From assembly GCA_008080735.1 (NCBI GenBank), contig SHMW01000042.1, positions 1-34,999 on the forward strand: 34,999 nt of DNA. Reading direction: 5' to 3'. Positions 1-9,578 of the stretch are shown here, piece after piece. The stretch is from Promethearchaeota archaeon (GTDB lineage: Archaea > Asgardarchaeota > Lokiarchaeia > Sigyniarchaeales > SOKP01). The first letter of the stretch is position 1, and every line of letters starts with the position of its first letter. The notes beneath the pieces were generated by a model. That model was not told the origin of the DNA. It worked only from the letters and a program-made list of their open reading frames with translations, and did not search any database. The position numbers and the translations under genes are program-made.

Positions 1-1248
1 TTCTCCAACAAATAATTTTGCTGTTTCGTAAAAGAATAACCATATAAAATAGGACGTTCTCTGAAAAAACACCACTACTCCCCTATATAAACCTTCTTCG
101 CGTTTTTTGCTTTCCACTGCTGTCTTATCGACGATAGAAGAAAAAACTGGAGAATTCATACTTTCAATCGCACCATCAACAATTCCCGCTAAACTGGCTA
201 CAATGAAAGTTATCATAAATCCACTCATTCCTGAAGGCGCGAATATCAAAGGTATCCCTGAGACAGCAAGGAAAAAGGCTCCGATTAACATAACTTTTCT
301 AACACCTATTTTATTTGAGGCTTTATACCATATTGGAGCAGTTATTGGTACAAAGATAAGATAACCGAGAAATGCAGCTTCTCCCATAATTCCAGTCCAA
401 CCAATAACAACTTCTGCAAATGTCGCCATTACACCCATAATACCACCCATTGTTATAGAATAACATACAAATAGCGCAAGATAGCCTAAGAAATTTTTGT
501 TTTTCGACGCTAACTTTAAATCTTCTATAATATTAGTATATTCAAATCGATCAAGCTTCATTTGTCGTTCTCTTACTTCTTTTGGTTCTCTAACTCCTGG
601 AATCATTAGGATAACCAAAAAGAAGGAGAGACCTGAAAGCACTACAGCTTGTATTAAATATCCCATCTCAGTCTTTCCAAATCCAATATCGGGATCAAGT
701 ATTATCATCGGGATTAAAAATCCGAGCGCAATACCAATTGTATCTAATATGGCTTCTATAAATCCAGCAAGTTTTCTCTCTTGATCAGTTACAAATTTTT
801 TTGGTAATAAACCCCATCTATTCACATCCATTAGCGAAAAAAAGGTATCAAATAGCAACATAAAACTAACAAACCATATAAAACTTGCCAATTCACTAGC
901 AGTAAAAGGATTCCAAAAGATAAATATGAGTATTAGACTGAAAGGAAATGCCCCCATCATAATAAAGGGGAATCTTTTCCCCCATCGCTCAACAAACCTT
1001 GTAGACCTATCGCAAAAATGTCCTATAATTGGATCATTGAACATATTATAGACAGTAAAAATTGCAAAGGCAGTCAAAAATAGAACGGGGTTTAGATTCA
1101 TCACATTATCGTTGAATCCTAAAATACGCATCCGAAAGCCTTGGTTTATCATAAACCATATTAAATTTCCCAGCTGAAATGACGCGATAATCTTTATTGA
1201 ACTTTTTTTAACATCTTTTTTTTCAGTATTTTTAGTAGATTTATTCAT
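1..1248 (-). CDS. MFS transporter, GPH (glycoside-pentoside-hexuronide)/MelB-like family; 3' end truncated by the window edge
   Basis: Not in the ORF track because it has no stop in the window. Manual translation from ATG at 1248 gives MNKSTKNTEKKDVKKSSIKIIASFQLGNLIWFMINQG...NMFNDPIIGHFCDRSTRFVERWGKRFPFI, which is the GPH motif (NDPxxGxxxD...WGKRxPF). It is followed by hydrophobic helices, and the same frame is in register at base 1. Confidence 0.85.
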   Translation of the reverse strand, partial: MNKSTKNTEKKDVKKSSIKIIASFQLGNLIWFMINQGFRMRILGFNDNVMNLNPVLFLTAFAIFTVYNMFNDPIIGHFCDRSTRFVERWGKRFPFIMMGAFPFSLILIFIFWNPFTASELASFIWFVSFMLLFDTFFSLMDVNRWGLLPKKFVTDQERKLAGFIEAILDTIGIALGFLIPMIILDPDIGFGKTEMGYLIQAVVLSGLSFFLVILMIPGVREPKEVRERQMKLDRFEYTNIIEDLKLASKNKNFLGYLALFVCYSITMGGIMGVMATFAEVVIGWTGIMGEAAFLGYLIFVPITAPIWYKASNKIGVRKVMLIGAFFLAVSGIPLIFAPSGMSGFMITFIVASLAGIVDGAIESMNSPVFSSIVDKTAVESKKREEGLYRGVVVFFQRTSYFIWLFFYETAKLFVGE

Positions 1249-1501
1249 AATATTATCTCATCTTCAATATATTTATATATATTTGTGATAGGACTTATCA
1301 TCTTTTATTTAAAAAGGTTTTTCTTAAGTTAGACGTTTAGCTATTTTAGAAAGCTTCACTATTGAGGAGTGTTTATAATAGAAAGGATATGGTTTCTTTT
1401 TAACAAGTGAAATCTAATCAAATTGAATATGGAAAAATTTGTACCAAATTGTTTTTAAGGATATTCAAATTTAGTTTGCTAAATAGATTTTAAGAAAAAT
1501 T

Positions 1502-4270
1502 ATGAGTATATCTAAAAAAAAATCAATTTCGATAATTATAGTAGGGGTTTTTCTGCTTAGTATTAGTATTCTTCGCTTTTCGGCATTTGATAACCTAAAG
1601 AGTATTAAAAATGAAGAGAATTTAGAGAGATTAAGCGCGTCCTATGATTTTGGGGATGATTTTTTTAATGGGAACGGTGATAGCTTAAATGTTTCGCTTT
1701 ATGGCAATAGAAACGAATCCAAAGCATTGAGTATAAAAGAAGAGGATCTAATTATTTCTAATGAGAAAAATGGTTGGAATCTATCAAAATTTAGACTAAA
1801 TTTTACAGAAATATATGCTTCAGATGCGAATATACCTTATGAAATTCGAAATGATGGATCAGAGGAGATTTTCAATTCGAATACCGCTTATGCAAATTCG
1901 TTTCAAATACCAAATTCTTGCTATATTCGGAATCTCTCCATGTTTATTCAATATCCTGGAGGATACTTCGAATTCCAAGGAACAGCTAATAGATACAATA
2001 CAACTAAACCTTCTGAATTCTCAATAAGAATATATAATGCTACATTGGATAATTCTCGAATAATTCCAGATAAACCAATGGATAATTTTGAAGAAGATGA
2101 AATATTTTTCAATCTCACTGAGTATCCACATGCGCAACCCGCAAGGTGGTATCAATCCAATTTTACTACAAATAACATTCTAAACATTTCAAAAACTTTT
2201 AATAATACTTGGTTTGCCGTCTTCGAACCGATTATTTTCCCTAGTGGTGGTTTATTTCCAATTATGAATCCTTATTACTATTACGCTGAAGAGGAATTAG
2301 GAGATAATTATAGAATTAATCTCTTGAAAAATGAAACATCATGGGGGGAAATAGCCGGAAAAAATGGAATGTTTAAAATCAATTACTCTCCAATTGACAT
2401 AAATCCAAATCCAGAAGAAATAAATATTTCAGTTTTCGATAAACCTGTAGATGCCAATGGATTATATTATCATAATAGTTTCTTAGAAAATGAAAACGAT
2501 GAATTCATTATTTCGATAAATTCCCCATGGTTCGGCAATGTAGAACTTAATGTAAGTTTTGAAGGCGAATTTCGCTATGACACAAAATCAGTTAATGTAT
2601 TCAGAGCCATTGATGGTTCCGATGTATTATGGAATTCTACTTTAGAAATCAGAGAATACAATGATAAGTTCTATAACAATTCAGCAAATTTTTCTAAACC
2701 CTACTTCTGGAATTTTTCTTCGGTATACAAGGATGGCGAAATCTATGAGGATGTAAAGAATAACTCGGAATTTGTTAAATTGAATAACATATCTAACGAC
2801 ACATGGATAATCACATATAGTCAAAAGAATAATATTATTTCTCCTAATTTTACTTATTCTACAAACCAAATTGACTGGGACGATTTTTCAGATAAAGAAT
2901 TCATCAATGCAACACATTATATTAATATAAGTTCTACTTTCAATAACTCTAACGGGGATGCGCTATTACATGTCTATTTAGGTTCTTCAACCGAAGCAGA
3001 TTTGGCAATACAAGAAGAGATCACAATTCAGAATCATTACTTCCCTTTATGGCGTTTTAAATTTAATATGTCCAGTAATTTCGAGAATGATACCCTCGCA
3101 GAAATTAGACTAATGACAAATAACGGAACTGTGGCAGGAATTGTTTCAAAATCAATAAGAATCATATTAGACAAGAGTCAGACGGATTTGAGATTAATTT
3201 CGAATCTAAGACAATCTTATATTTATGGAGATGAGCTGATCATCGAAGCGCTTCTAACAACTGAGCAGTCTCCTATTGTGGGTGATAAAATTAGTTTTAA
3301 AATTATCGAGACATATTCCGGAGGAATTACCAATCAAGTTATTTTAGATGATATAACTGATGACGAGGGTGTTGCGCGAATTAGCTATTCAGTCAAGGAT
3401 AATATTCAATCAATTCAAATAAGTGCTTCTTATAATGGAACCTTAGACTATGAAGAAACTGAATTTTCGAGCGGTATAATACTTGTCCGTTCAGCATTAG
3501 AACAATTTTTTATCGATTTTATGCCTTATATTTTTATCCTCATCGCTATAGTAGTTAGCGGTGCTACTTATTACACTATTAGGAAATATAAATATAAGAA
3601 GAATATGGAGATATGGAGAAAGAAAACACAATTATTCGCGAATGTATTAAAAATTGACCTTATTTTAGTGATTCATAAAAATAGTGGCTCAGCATTAATA
3701 CAGAGAAGTTTTAGTGATATTCCAATAGATGGAAATCTTATTAGTGGATTTTTACAAGCGGTTAGCTCGTTTAAGTATGAAATCAGACAAGAATCTGAAA
3801 AAGCCAAAAAAGAATCCATTCTCTTAGATTACCAAGACTACAATATTCTATTAAAAGACGGAGAATTTACACGGGTAGCATTAGTCCTAAATTCAGAACC
3901 TTCGAAAAATTTAGAAACATCACTCAATGATTTTATTATTGATTTCGAGAAACAAGCATATTCAGATTTGAAACAATTTAAAGGAAACATTGCGCCCTTC
4001 AAAGAATATTTTGGTGAGTTAGTTGATAAACATTTTGAGATGTCGTTTATACGTCCTCATGTGATTAATGAGAATCCGCCAACCATAAACTTAAGCAATT
4101 TTCAAGAAAGAGTATTAAACGTTGCCAAAACTTTACAACAAGATGCGGGTCAGTTTTATATAAGTCAATTATTGAATTATCTACTATCTGCTCAACCAGA
4201 CGAGCCTAAAGAACGTTTTATCGCAAACTTTTATGATCTGAGACAATTTGGATATGTCAAGCCTCTTTAA
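1502..4270 (+). CDS. Large single-pass surface glycoprotein-like protein with a cytoplasmic longin/roadblock-like C-terminal region (Asgard-type)
   Basis: N-terminal signal/anchor (KKKSISIIIVGVFLLSISIL). ~640 aa Asn-rich beta-type ectodomain with more than 20 N-x-S/T sequons. TM helix near aa 670-695 (FMPYIFILIAIVVSGATYYTI) followed by RKYKYKK. The tail ILVIHKNSGSAL...DGNLISGFLQAVSSF...YNILLKDGEFTRVALVL...FIIDFEK resembles longin/roadblock domains. Confidence 0.7.
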   Translation: MSISKKKSISIIIVGVFLLSISILRFSAFDNLKSIKNEENLERLSASYDFGDDFFNGNGDSLNVSLYGNRNESKALSIKEEDLIISNEKNGWNLSKFRLNFTEIYASDANIPYEIRNDGSEEIFNSNTAYANSFQIPNSCYIRNLSMFIQYPGGYFEFQGTANRYNTTKPSEFSIRIYNATLDNSRIIPDKPMDNFEEDEIFFNLTEYPHAQPARWYQSNFTTNNILNISKTFNNTWFAVFEPIIFPSGGLFPIMNPYYYYAEEELGDNYRINLLKNETSWGEIAGKNGMFKINYSPIDINPNPEEINISVFDKPVDANGLYYHNSFLENENDEFIISINSPWFGNVELNVSFEGEFRYDTKSVNVFRAIDGSDVLWNSTLEIREYNDKFYNNSANFSKPYFWNFSSVYKDGEIYEDVKNNSEFVKLNNISNDTWIITYSQKNNIISPNFTYSTNQIDWDDFSDKEFINATHYINISSTFNNSNGDALLHVYLGSSTEADLAIQEEITIQNHYFPLWRFKFNMSSNFENDTLAEIRLMTNNGTVAGIVSKSIRIILDKSQTDLRLISNLRQSYIYGDELIIEALLTTEQSPIVGDKISFKIIETYSGGITNQVILDDITDDEGVARISYSVKDNIQSIQISASYNGTLDYEETEFSSGIILVRSALEQFFIDFMPYIFILIAIVVSGATYYTIRKYKYKKNMEIWRKKTQLFANVLKIDLILVIHKNSGSALIQRSFSDIPIDGNLISGFLQAVSSFKYEIRQESEKAKKESILLDYQDYNILLKDGEFTRVALVLNSEPSKNLETSLNDFIIDFEKQAYSDLKQFKGNIAPFKEYFGELVDKHFEMSFIRPHVINENPPTINLSNFQERVLNVAKTLQQDAGQFYISQLLNYLLSAQPDEPKERFIANFYDLRQFGYVKPL

Positions 4271-4300
4271 TTTTTTTTTTATTTTTCTTTTTTTCATTTT
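4271..4300 (+). terminator. Oligo(T) tract, archaeal intrinsic terminator candidate
   Basis: TTTTTTTTTTATTTTTCTTTTTTTCATTTT immediately follows the TAA of the 922-aa gene, in a convergent intergenic gap. Confidence 0.5.
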
Positions 4301-4339
4301 ACCTAAACCATTCAGGGATATAATTAAAATGATTGCGAT

Positions 4340-5023
4340 TTAATAGTTTTCTTTCTTTAGTATAGCAAAGAGAAACAAATAGAGCCACACATATAACATA
4401 AGTGCTGAGATCCACTCAAATATTACAATTTCCATGTTGAAAAAAGAAAAAATAGCTAAAATTAGGAATAGAACCGTCGAAGAAATTAATCCGTAGAAAC
4501 CAATATGCTTATTGATTTTTATCTTAGAGAACAATACAAGAATTCCAACCAAGAAAGCGGAAAGATAATACCCCACAAATAGAAATCCAGCAAATATAAA
4601 ATGAATATTCCAATAATTACGATCAATAGAATATAATCCAATACCTATAAATCCAATGTCTCCCAAAATTCCAGAAATTAAAATAAGATACATTACAAAC
4701 TTGAAGGATTTAGGCGACTCTTCTTTAAATTCTTCATTAGTTTTTTCTTTTAGGTTATTGAAAATATATAAAGAAATTGGAAAGGATAGTATTCCAGTTA
4801 AAATACAGCCAATATCAAATAAAAAAGGAGCTGGTGTAAATTCAGCGCTGGCCATATGGCTAATTAAATGATATAAAGGAGAATACATTGGATTACCAAA
4901 AAATCGGACGATTATATAACTCAAAAAAAATGTAAACCAGTTAACTGCTATTGTGGTCAAAGTAATATATTTAATTATCTTTCTTTTCATTAATTTTTGA
5001 TATAAAGTGGATAAAAAAGTCAT
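4340..5023 (-). CDS. DUF998-like multi-pass membrane protein (paralogue 1)
   Basis: About 6 TM helices; motifs YSPLYHLISHM, PFLFDIGCILTG, GFIGIGLYSIDRN..IHF, FEWI; clearly similar to 5183-5902. Confidence 0.65.
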   Translation of the reverse strand: MTFLSTLYQKLMKRKIIKYITLTTIAVNWFTFFLSYIIVRFFGNPMYSPLYHLISHMASAEFTPAPFLFDIGCILTGILSFPISLYIFNNLKEKTNEEFKEESPKSFKFVMYLILISGILGDIGFIGIGLYSIDRNYWNIHFIFAGFLFVGYYLSAFLVGILVLFSKIKINKHIGFYGLISSTVLFLILAIFSFFNMEIVIFEWISALMLYVWLYLFLFAILKKENY

Positions 5024-5182
5024 TTTTGAAGTCTGGTTTTCAGAAATGGTATTTTTTTGCTTTTTAGATAATCCAATTTTGATTTTAAAATGATGTTTCT
5101 TATTTGATTTTAACTAAAATCCTTTTTTTCTTCGAATATTTATGTAAGCTAAATAAAGCTTTCTATAATTGATTTCTATATT

Positions 5183-5902
5183 TCAATTTTTCATAGTTTT
5201 TAGGTATCTTGGACTCTTACTCAATACATTATATAAGAAGGGATAAAGCCATGAGACCATTATAAAATTGGCGATCCATTCAAAAAGGATCCATTCAATT
5301 GAAAACAAAAGCAAAACAACGGAAATAATAAATACAAAGATTGAACTGAAAAACCCATATAAAGCAACAAATTTATTGATTTTTATTTTAAAAAATATAT
5401 ATAAAGTTCCCACAAGAAAAGCCAAAAAGTAATATCCTGCGAATAAAGTAATGAAAAAAATAAAATGAACATTAAAAAAATTCCGATCTACTGAAAATAG
5501 TCCAACCCCCATAAATCCAATATTGCCCAAAAAACCAGAAATAAGGATAAGATTCAGATTGGTTTGAAGCAAGTGATTATTTTCAACATACGGTTTAGTT
5601 TTTATTCTCAGAGAGTGATATACATAGATAGATATTGGAAAAGAGAATAAACCTGCAAAAATACACCCAATATCAAAAATAATGGGAAAAGGTGAGAATT
5701 TTAAACTTCCAAGATCACTAATATAATGAAAAACGGGAGAATAGTAGTTTTCCCCGATAAGAATGACCAATAAAATACTTGAAAAGAAGGCAGTCCAATA
5801 AATTATGATTGCTGAAATAGTAAAAATTTTTGCAACCTTTTTCTGTAATAATTGTTGATACATATTGCCTGGAAGGCTCTTTAATGTGGAAAGAATCGAC
5901 AT
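5183..5902 (-). CDS. DUF998-like multi-pass membrane protein (paralogue 2)
   Basis: YSPVFHYISDLGS, IIFDIGCIFAG, GFMGVGLFSVDRN..VHF, FEWI; tandem paralogue of 4340-5023. Confidence 0.65.
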   Translation of the reverse strand: MSILSTLKSLPGNMYQQLLQKKVAKIFTISAIIIYWTAFFSSILLVILIGENYYSPVFHYISDLGSLKFSPFPIIFDIGCIFAGLFSFPISIYVYHSLRIKTKPYVENNHLLQTNLNLILISGFLGNIGFMGVGLFSVDRNFFNVHFIFFITLFAGYYFLAFLVGTLYIFFKIKINKFVALYGFFSSIFVFIISVVLLLFSIEWILFEWIANFIMVSWLYPFLYNVLSKSPRYLKTMKN

Positions 5903-6003
5903 TTTAAAATGCTCTATTTAACATTGTATTTTTGGTTATTATGAAAAAAAAATTCTCATATTTTAATTTATCCAAAATCAAAGTCAATATTAAGGGGGTA
6001 GTC

Positions 6004-6468
6004 TTATTCAATATTGGAATTGTTCTGTTTTTTAAGAGGGCCTAATTTTTTAATTCTTTTGGTAAATTCGGTAATTAAATCAGCGAATCTTCTCCCCTCA
6101 GAAGCGCTAACCCATTCAAGTCTAATGCGATCAGAATTTAAACCGATTTGTTTAATAATTATTTCAAAAAGATTTTCAAATCTTTCTTTAGTATGCTCAT
6201 TTCCCGAAATATAATGACAATCCCCAATATGACATCCCGTTATCAGTACACCATCCACGCCGTCATTTATAGCTTTAAGAATAAATGATGGATCAACTCT
6301 ACCAGAACACATAACTCTAATAATTCTAATATTAGGAGGATATTGAAACCTTGAGACACCTGCTAAGTCTGCTCCCGCATAGGAGCACCAATTGCAGCAA
6401 AAAGCTAATATCTGAGGATTAAAATTTTTCTTGCTAGATTTTATACGAGATTTTGACATAAACATCAT
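6004..6468 (-). CDS. mvhD: MvhD/FlpD-family [2Fe-2S] subunit, cysteine form
   Basis: Motifs AFCCNWCSYAGADLAG, RVMCSGRVD, GCHIGDCHYISGN, RLEWVSASEG. Its start overlaps the hdrA stop (TAATG). Confidence 0.93.
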   Translation of the reverse strand: MMFMSKSRIKSSKKNFNPQILAFCCNWCSYAGADLAGVSRFQYPPNIRIIRVMCSGRVDPSFILKAINDGVDGVLITGCHIGDCHYISGNEHTKERFENLFEIIIKQIGLNSDRIRLEWVSASEGRRFADLITEFTKRIKKLGPLKKQNNSNIE

Positions 6469-9400
6469 TACTCCAAATAGGGTTCTTCATCAATTAAATA
6501 TGAATCAATCATTTCATTAATTTGATTAAAATCATAATGCTTCACAGAAATTGCACCAACTGGACAGGTTGCGGCACAAGTTCCACATCCCTTACATAGA
6601 GCTGAATTAATTTTCGATTTTATTATATCTATAGTAATATCTTCAAAAACAAGGGTTTTATTTTGTAAATCTATGGCATTATAAGGACATACTTCTTCAC
6701 ATTTACCGCATCCAATACATTTTTCTGTGATTACTTCAGCAATTAATCCAGATGTCGTTATTTCTCCAGCACTTAAGAATCTACATGCTCTACCAGCTGC
6801 TCCATGAGCTTGTGAAATTGAATCTTGAACGTTTTTAGGCCACTGTGCACAACCACATAGAAAAATACCATCTGTAGCAAAATCTAATGGTCGTAATTTT
6901 ACATGTGCCTCTAAGAAAAAACCGTTTCTATCTAATGGCACTTTTAACATTTTTGCTAATTCTCTTACATTATCAGCGGGTATTAAGGGAGTAGAAAGGA
7001 TTATTAAATCTGATTTAAATTTTAAGGTATCTTGTAAGTTTTTATCAAATATTTTTACTTCATAATTCTCTTTAGCTTCTTTTAATTTTGATATTTTAGG
7101 AATTTTGTCTAAATCGTATCTTAAAAAGATAGCATCCTTTCTATGTACTCGATAATAATTCTCAAATTTCTTCTTAGCCATTTGTATATCTCTATATAAC
7201 ACAATTATTTCCAATTCTGGCTTGAGCTCTTTTAATACAGCAATATTCTTTATAGAAATCCCACAACAGATATTTGAACAATAGGTAAATCCTTTTTTTT
7301 GTCTCGAATTTACACATAATATAAATGTTACGTGGTTTATTTTTCTCAACCAATCAGTTCCTTCTTCCTTAAGCTTCTTTTCTAAGTCTTTTTGAGTGAG
7401 AATATTACTATTCTTCTCTGAATATAGAAAAATACCTTCTGGGATAAATTCTTTGGCTCCAGTTGCTACGATGATTGTTCCTACAAAGAGCTCTTCGGTC
7501 TTATTTAGGGAATTGGAAATGGAAATCTCATAATTACCTATATATCCTTTTATTTCCTTTATTTTTGAATTTAAATAGATTTTGATATTTTTTTGCTTTC
7601 TTAATCTTTCAATATGGTCTTCTAAAAATTCCGCAGCATTTTTTTGATTTGGATAAAGAATATGAATATCGTTAAGTAAACCCCCTAATTCATTATCTTT
7701 CTCAACAAGATGAACTTTAAATCCTTTATTTGCTATATCTAATGCGGCAGTAATTCCAGATATTCCACCCCCAATCACCAATCCAGCTGGTTTAATATTT
7801 AAAGCTTCTTCCTTCTGCGGTTGTAAAAGTCTCGCTTTAGAAACAGCCATTCTAATTAGATCCTTCGCTTTTTGAGTAGCAGATTCTTTTTCCTTCATAT
7901 GCACCCATGAACATTGGTCTCGAATATTTACCATTTCAAAAAGATATTTGTTTAAGCCAGCTTCTTGACATGTTTCTTGAAATAAAGGTTCATGAGTTCT
8001 CGGTGTGCAAGAAGCAACAATAAATCTATTTAAATTTTCCTCGTCAATTAATTCTTTTATCCTCTCTTGAGAATCACTTGAACATGAATAAAGATTGTCT
8101 TCGCAATGAATTACATTAGGTAATTTTTTTATATAATCAACCACCTTAGGAACATCAACATATTTTCCAATATTTATACCACAATGGCAAATTAAAACTC
8201 CAATTCTGGGAGAATCTGCGCTTTTAACCTCTTTTTCAGGATTTTCAAATATTTTTTCTAGTATTTGGGAAAATTTCTCTGAATTAAGAAGGGAGGCTAC
8301 CTGAGATGCCACACCACTAGCATTCGCTACTGTTTCAGGAATATCCATTGGACCTTGACAAAATCCTGAGAGAAATATCCCATTCCGAGTGGAAAGTGAT
8401 TTATTAAAATAAGAATCCTCCTTAAAAAAATTGTAAGTGTCTAATTCAATCCCTAAAATCTCAGCTAATTCTTTCGTTCCCTTAGAAGGAACTAATGGAG
8501 TTGCTAAAACCACTAAGTCAGCTTCGAATGTCTCTAATTTTCCTGAAGAGAGGTTTTCATAACGGATTAATAGATTTTTAGTTTTGAGATCTTCACTGAT
8601 TTTGCTGATCTTTGTCTGTATATAAGTTACTCCATATTCATCTTGAGCTCTTTGGGTGAATTCATAAAAATCTTTGCCATAAGCTCTTAGATCATGTCGA
8701 AAAACAAAACATTGAGAATTATCAGCATGTTCTTTCGTTATAATTGCTTCTTTAGCAGTATACATACAACATACACTTGAGCAATAAGGAACTCCCTCAT
8801 GTAGATCTCTAGAGCCAGCACATTGGATAAAAGCAATTTTATGTGGTTCTTCCTCATCACTAGGTCTTAAAACATGACCTCCGAATGGTCCCGATGCGCA
8901 CAAGATCCTCTCATATTCTAATGCGTTTATAACATTATCAAATCTATATCCCCATCTTGATGAAAGTTCCTTTCCGTACATATCAAATCCAGTAGCAACG
9001 ACAATGGCACCAACATTTATATCAAATTCTAAAGATTTTTGATCATAATCGATAGCTTCAACTTTACAAACTTTACTGCATACTCCACAGACATCTTTGG
9101 TTAATTTTAAACATAAACTAGGATCTATAAGATATACAGGAGGTACTGCTTGTGGAAACGGAATGTATATTGATTTACGTTTTCCAAGATTCATATCAAA
9201 TTCATTTGGTACTTCAATTTTGGGACATTTAGCAGCACAATCTCCGCACCCCTTACATTTCGATTCATTTATATAGCGAGGCTTTTTTAAAACCGTAACT
9301 GTAAAATTACCTACTTTACCAGAAACCTTTTCAATCTCATGATAAGTTAATAATTCTATATTAGGATTTCTATAAACTTCTACCATTTTTGGTGCTAATA

Positions 9401-9578
9401 TACACAACGAACAATCATTTGTTGGGAAAGTTTTATCCAATTGAGCCATGCGCCCCCCAATTGAAGGTGATTTTTCCACTAAATAGACCTTAAATCCTAA
9501 TTCTGTTAAATCAAGTGAAGTTTGAATCCCTGCTATTCCCCCCCCAATTACCAAAACTGATCCTTCTATTTTTTTCAC
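6468..9578 (-). CDS. hdrA: Double-length HdrA-like flavo-iron-sulfur protein (two FAD modules), cysteine form
   Basis: Two GGGIxG FAD motifs; IGGRMAQLDKTFPTNDCSLCILAPKM; inserted 2[4Fe-4S] ferredoxin; IQCAGSRD...YCSSVCC; internal CHCGINI and ASCTPRTHEP; C-terminal CIGCGKC/CKGCGTC ferredoxin. GTG start overlaps the upstream TGA. Confidence 0.92.
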   Translation of the reverse strand: MKKIEGSVLVIGGGIAGIQTSLDLTELGFKVYLVEKSPSIGGRMAQLDKTFPTNDCSLCILAPKMVEVYRNPNIELLTYHEIEKVSGKVGNFTVTVLKKPRYINESKCKGCGDCAAKCPKIEVPNEFDMNLGKRKSIYIPFPQAVPPVYLIDPSLCLKLTKDVCGVCSKVCKVEAIDYDQKSLEFDINVGAIVVATGFDMYGKELSSRWGYRFDNVINALEYERILCASGPFGGHVLRPSDEEEPHKIAFIQCAGSRDLHEGVPYCSSVCCMYTAKEAIITKEHADNSQCFVFRHDLRAYGKDFYEFTQRAQDEYGVTYIQTKISKISEDLKTKNLLIRYENLSSGKLETFEADLVVLATPLVPSKGTKELAEILGIELDTYNFFKEDSYFNKSLSTRNGIFLSGFCQGPMDIPETVANASGVASQVASLLNSEKFSQILEKIFENPEKEVKSADSPRIGVLICHCGINIGKYVDVPKVVDYIKKLPNVIHCEDNLYSCSSDSQERIKELIDEENLNRFIVASCTPRTHEPLFQETCQEAGLNKYLFEMVNIRDQCSWVHMKEKESATQKAKDLIRMAVSKARLLQPQKEEALNIKPAGLVIGGGISGITAALDIANKGFKVHLVEKDNELGGLLNDIHILYPNQKNAAEFLEDHIERLRKQKNIKIYLNSKIKEIKGYIGNYEISISNSLNKTEELFVGTIIVATGAKEFIPEGIFLYSEKNSNILTQKDLEKKLKEEGTDWLRKINHVTFILCVNSRQKKGFTYCSNICCGISIKNIAVLKELKPELEIIVLYRDIQMAKKKFENYYRVHRKDAIFLRYDLDKIPKISKLKEAKENYEVKIFDKNLQDTLKFKSDLIILSTPLIPADNVRELAKMLKVPLDRNGFFLEAHVKLRPLDFATDGIFLCGCAQWPKNVQDSISQAHGAAGRACRFLSAGEITTSGLIAEVITEKCIGCGKCEEVCPYNAIDLQNKTLVFEDITIDIIKSKINSALCKGCGTCAATCPVGAISVKHYDFNQINEMIDSYLIDEEPYLE

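Noticed and set aside
107-784. Plus-strand ORFs 107-364 and 497-784
   Set aside because: They are antisense shadows of the minus-strand MFS transporter. The same applies to the other short ORFs nested within or opposite long genes (e.g. 4656, 6014, 9603, 10427, 12864, 16926, 20229, 26245, 30203).
5930-6003. SECIS downstream of mvhD(Cys)
   Set aside because: The ATGAGAATTTTTTTTCAT hairpin lacks the GA/GA core geometry, and the adjacent upstream genes contain no in-frame UGA.
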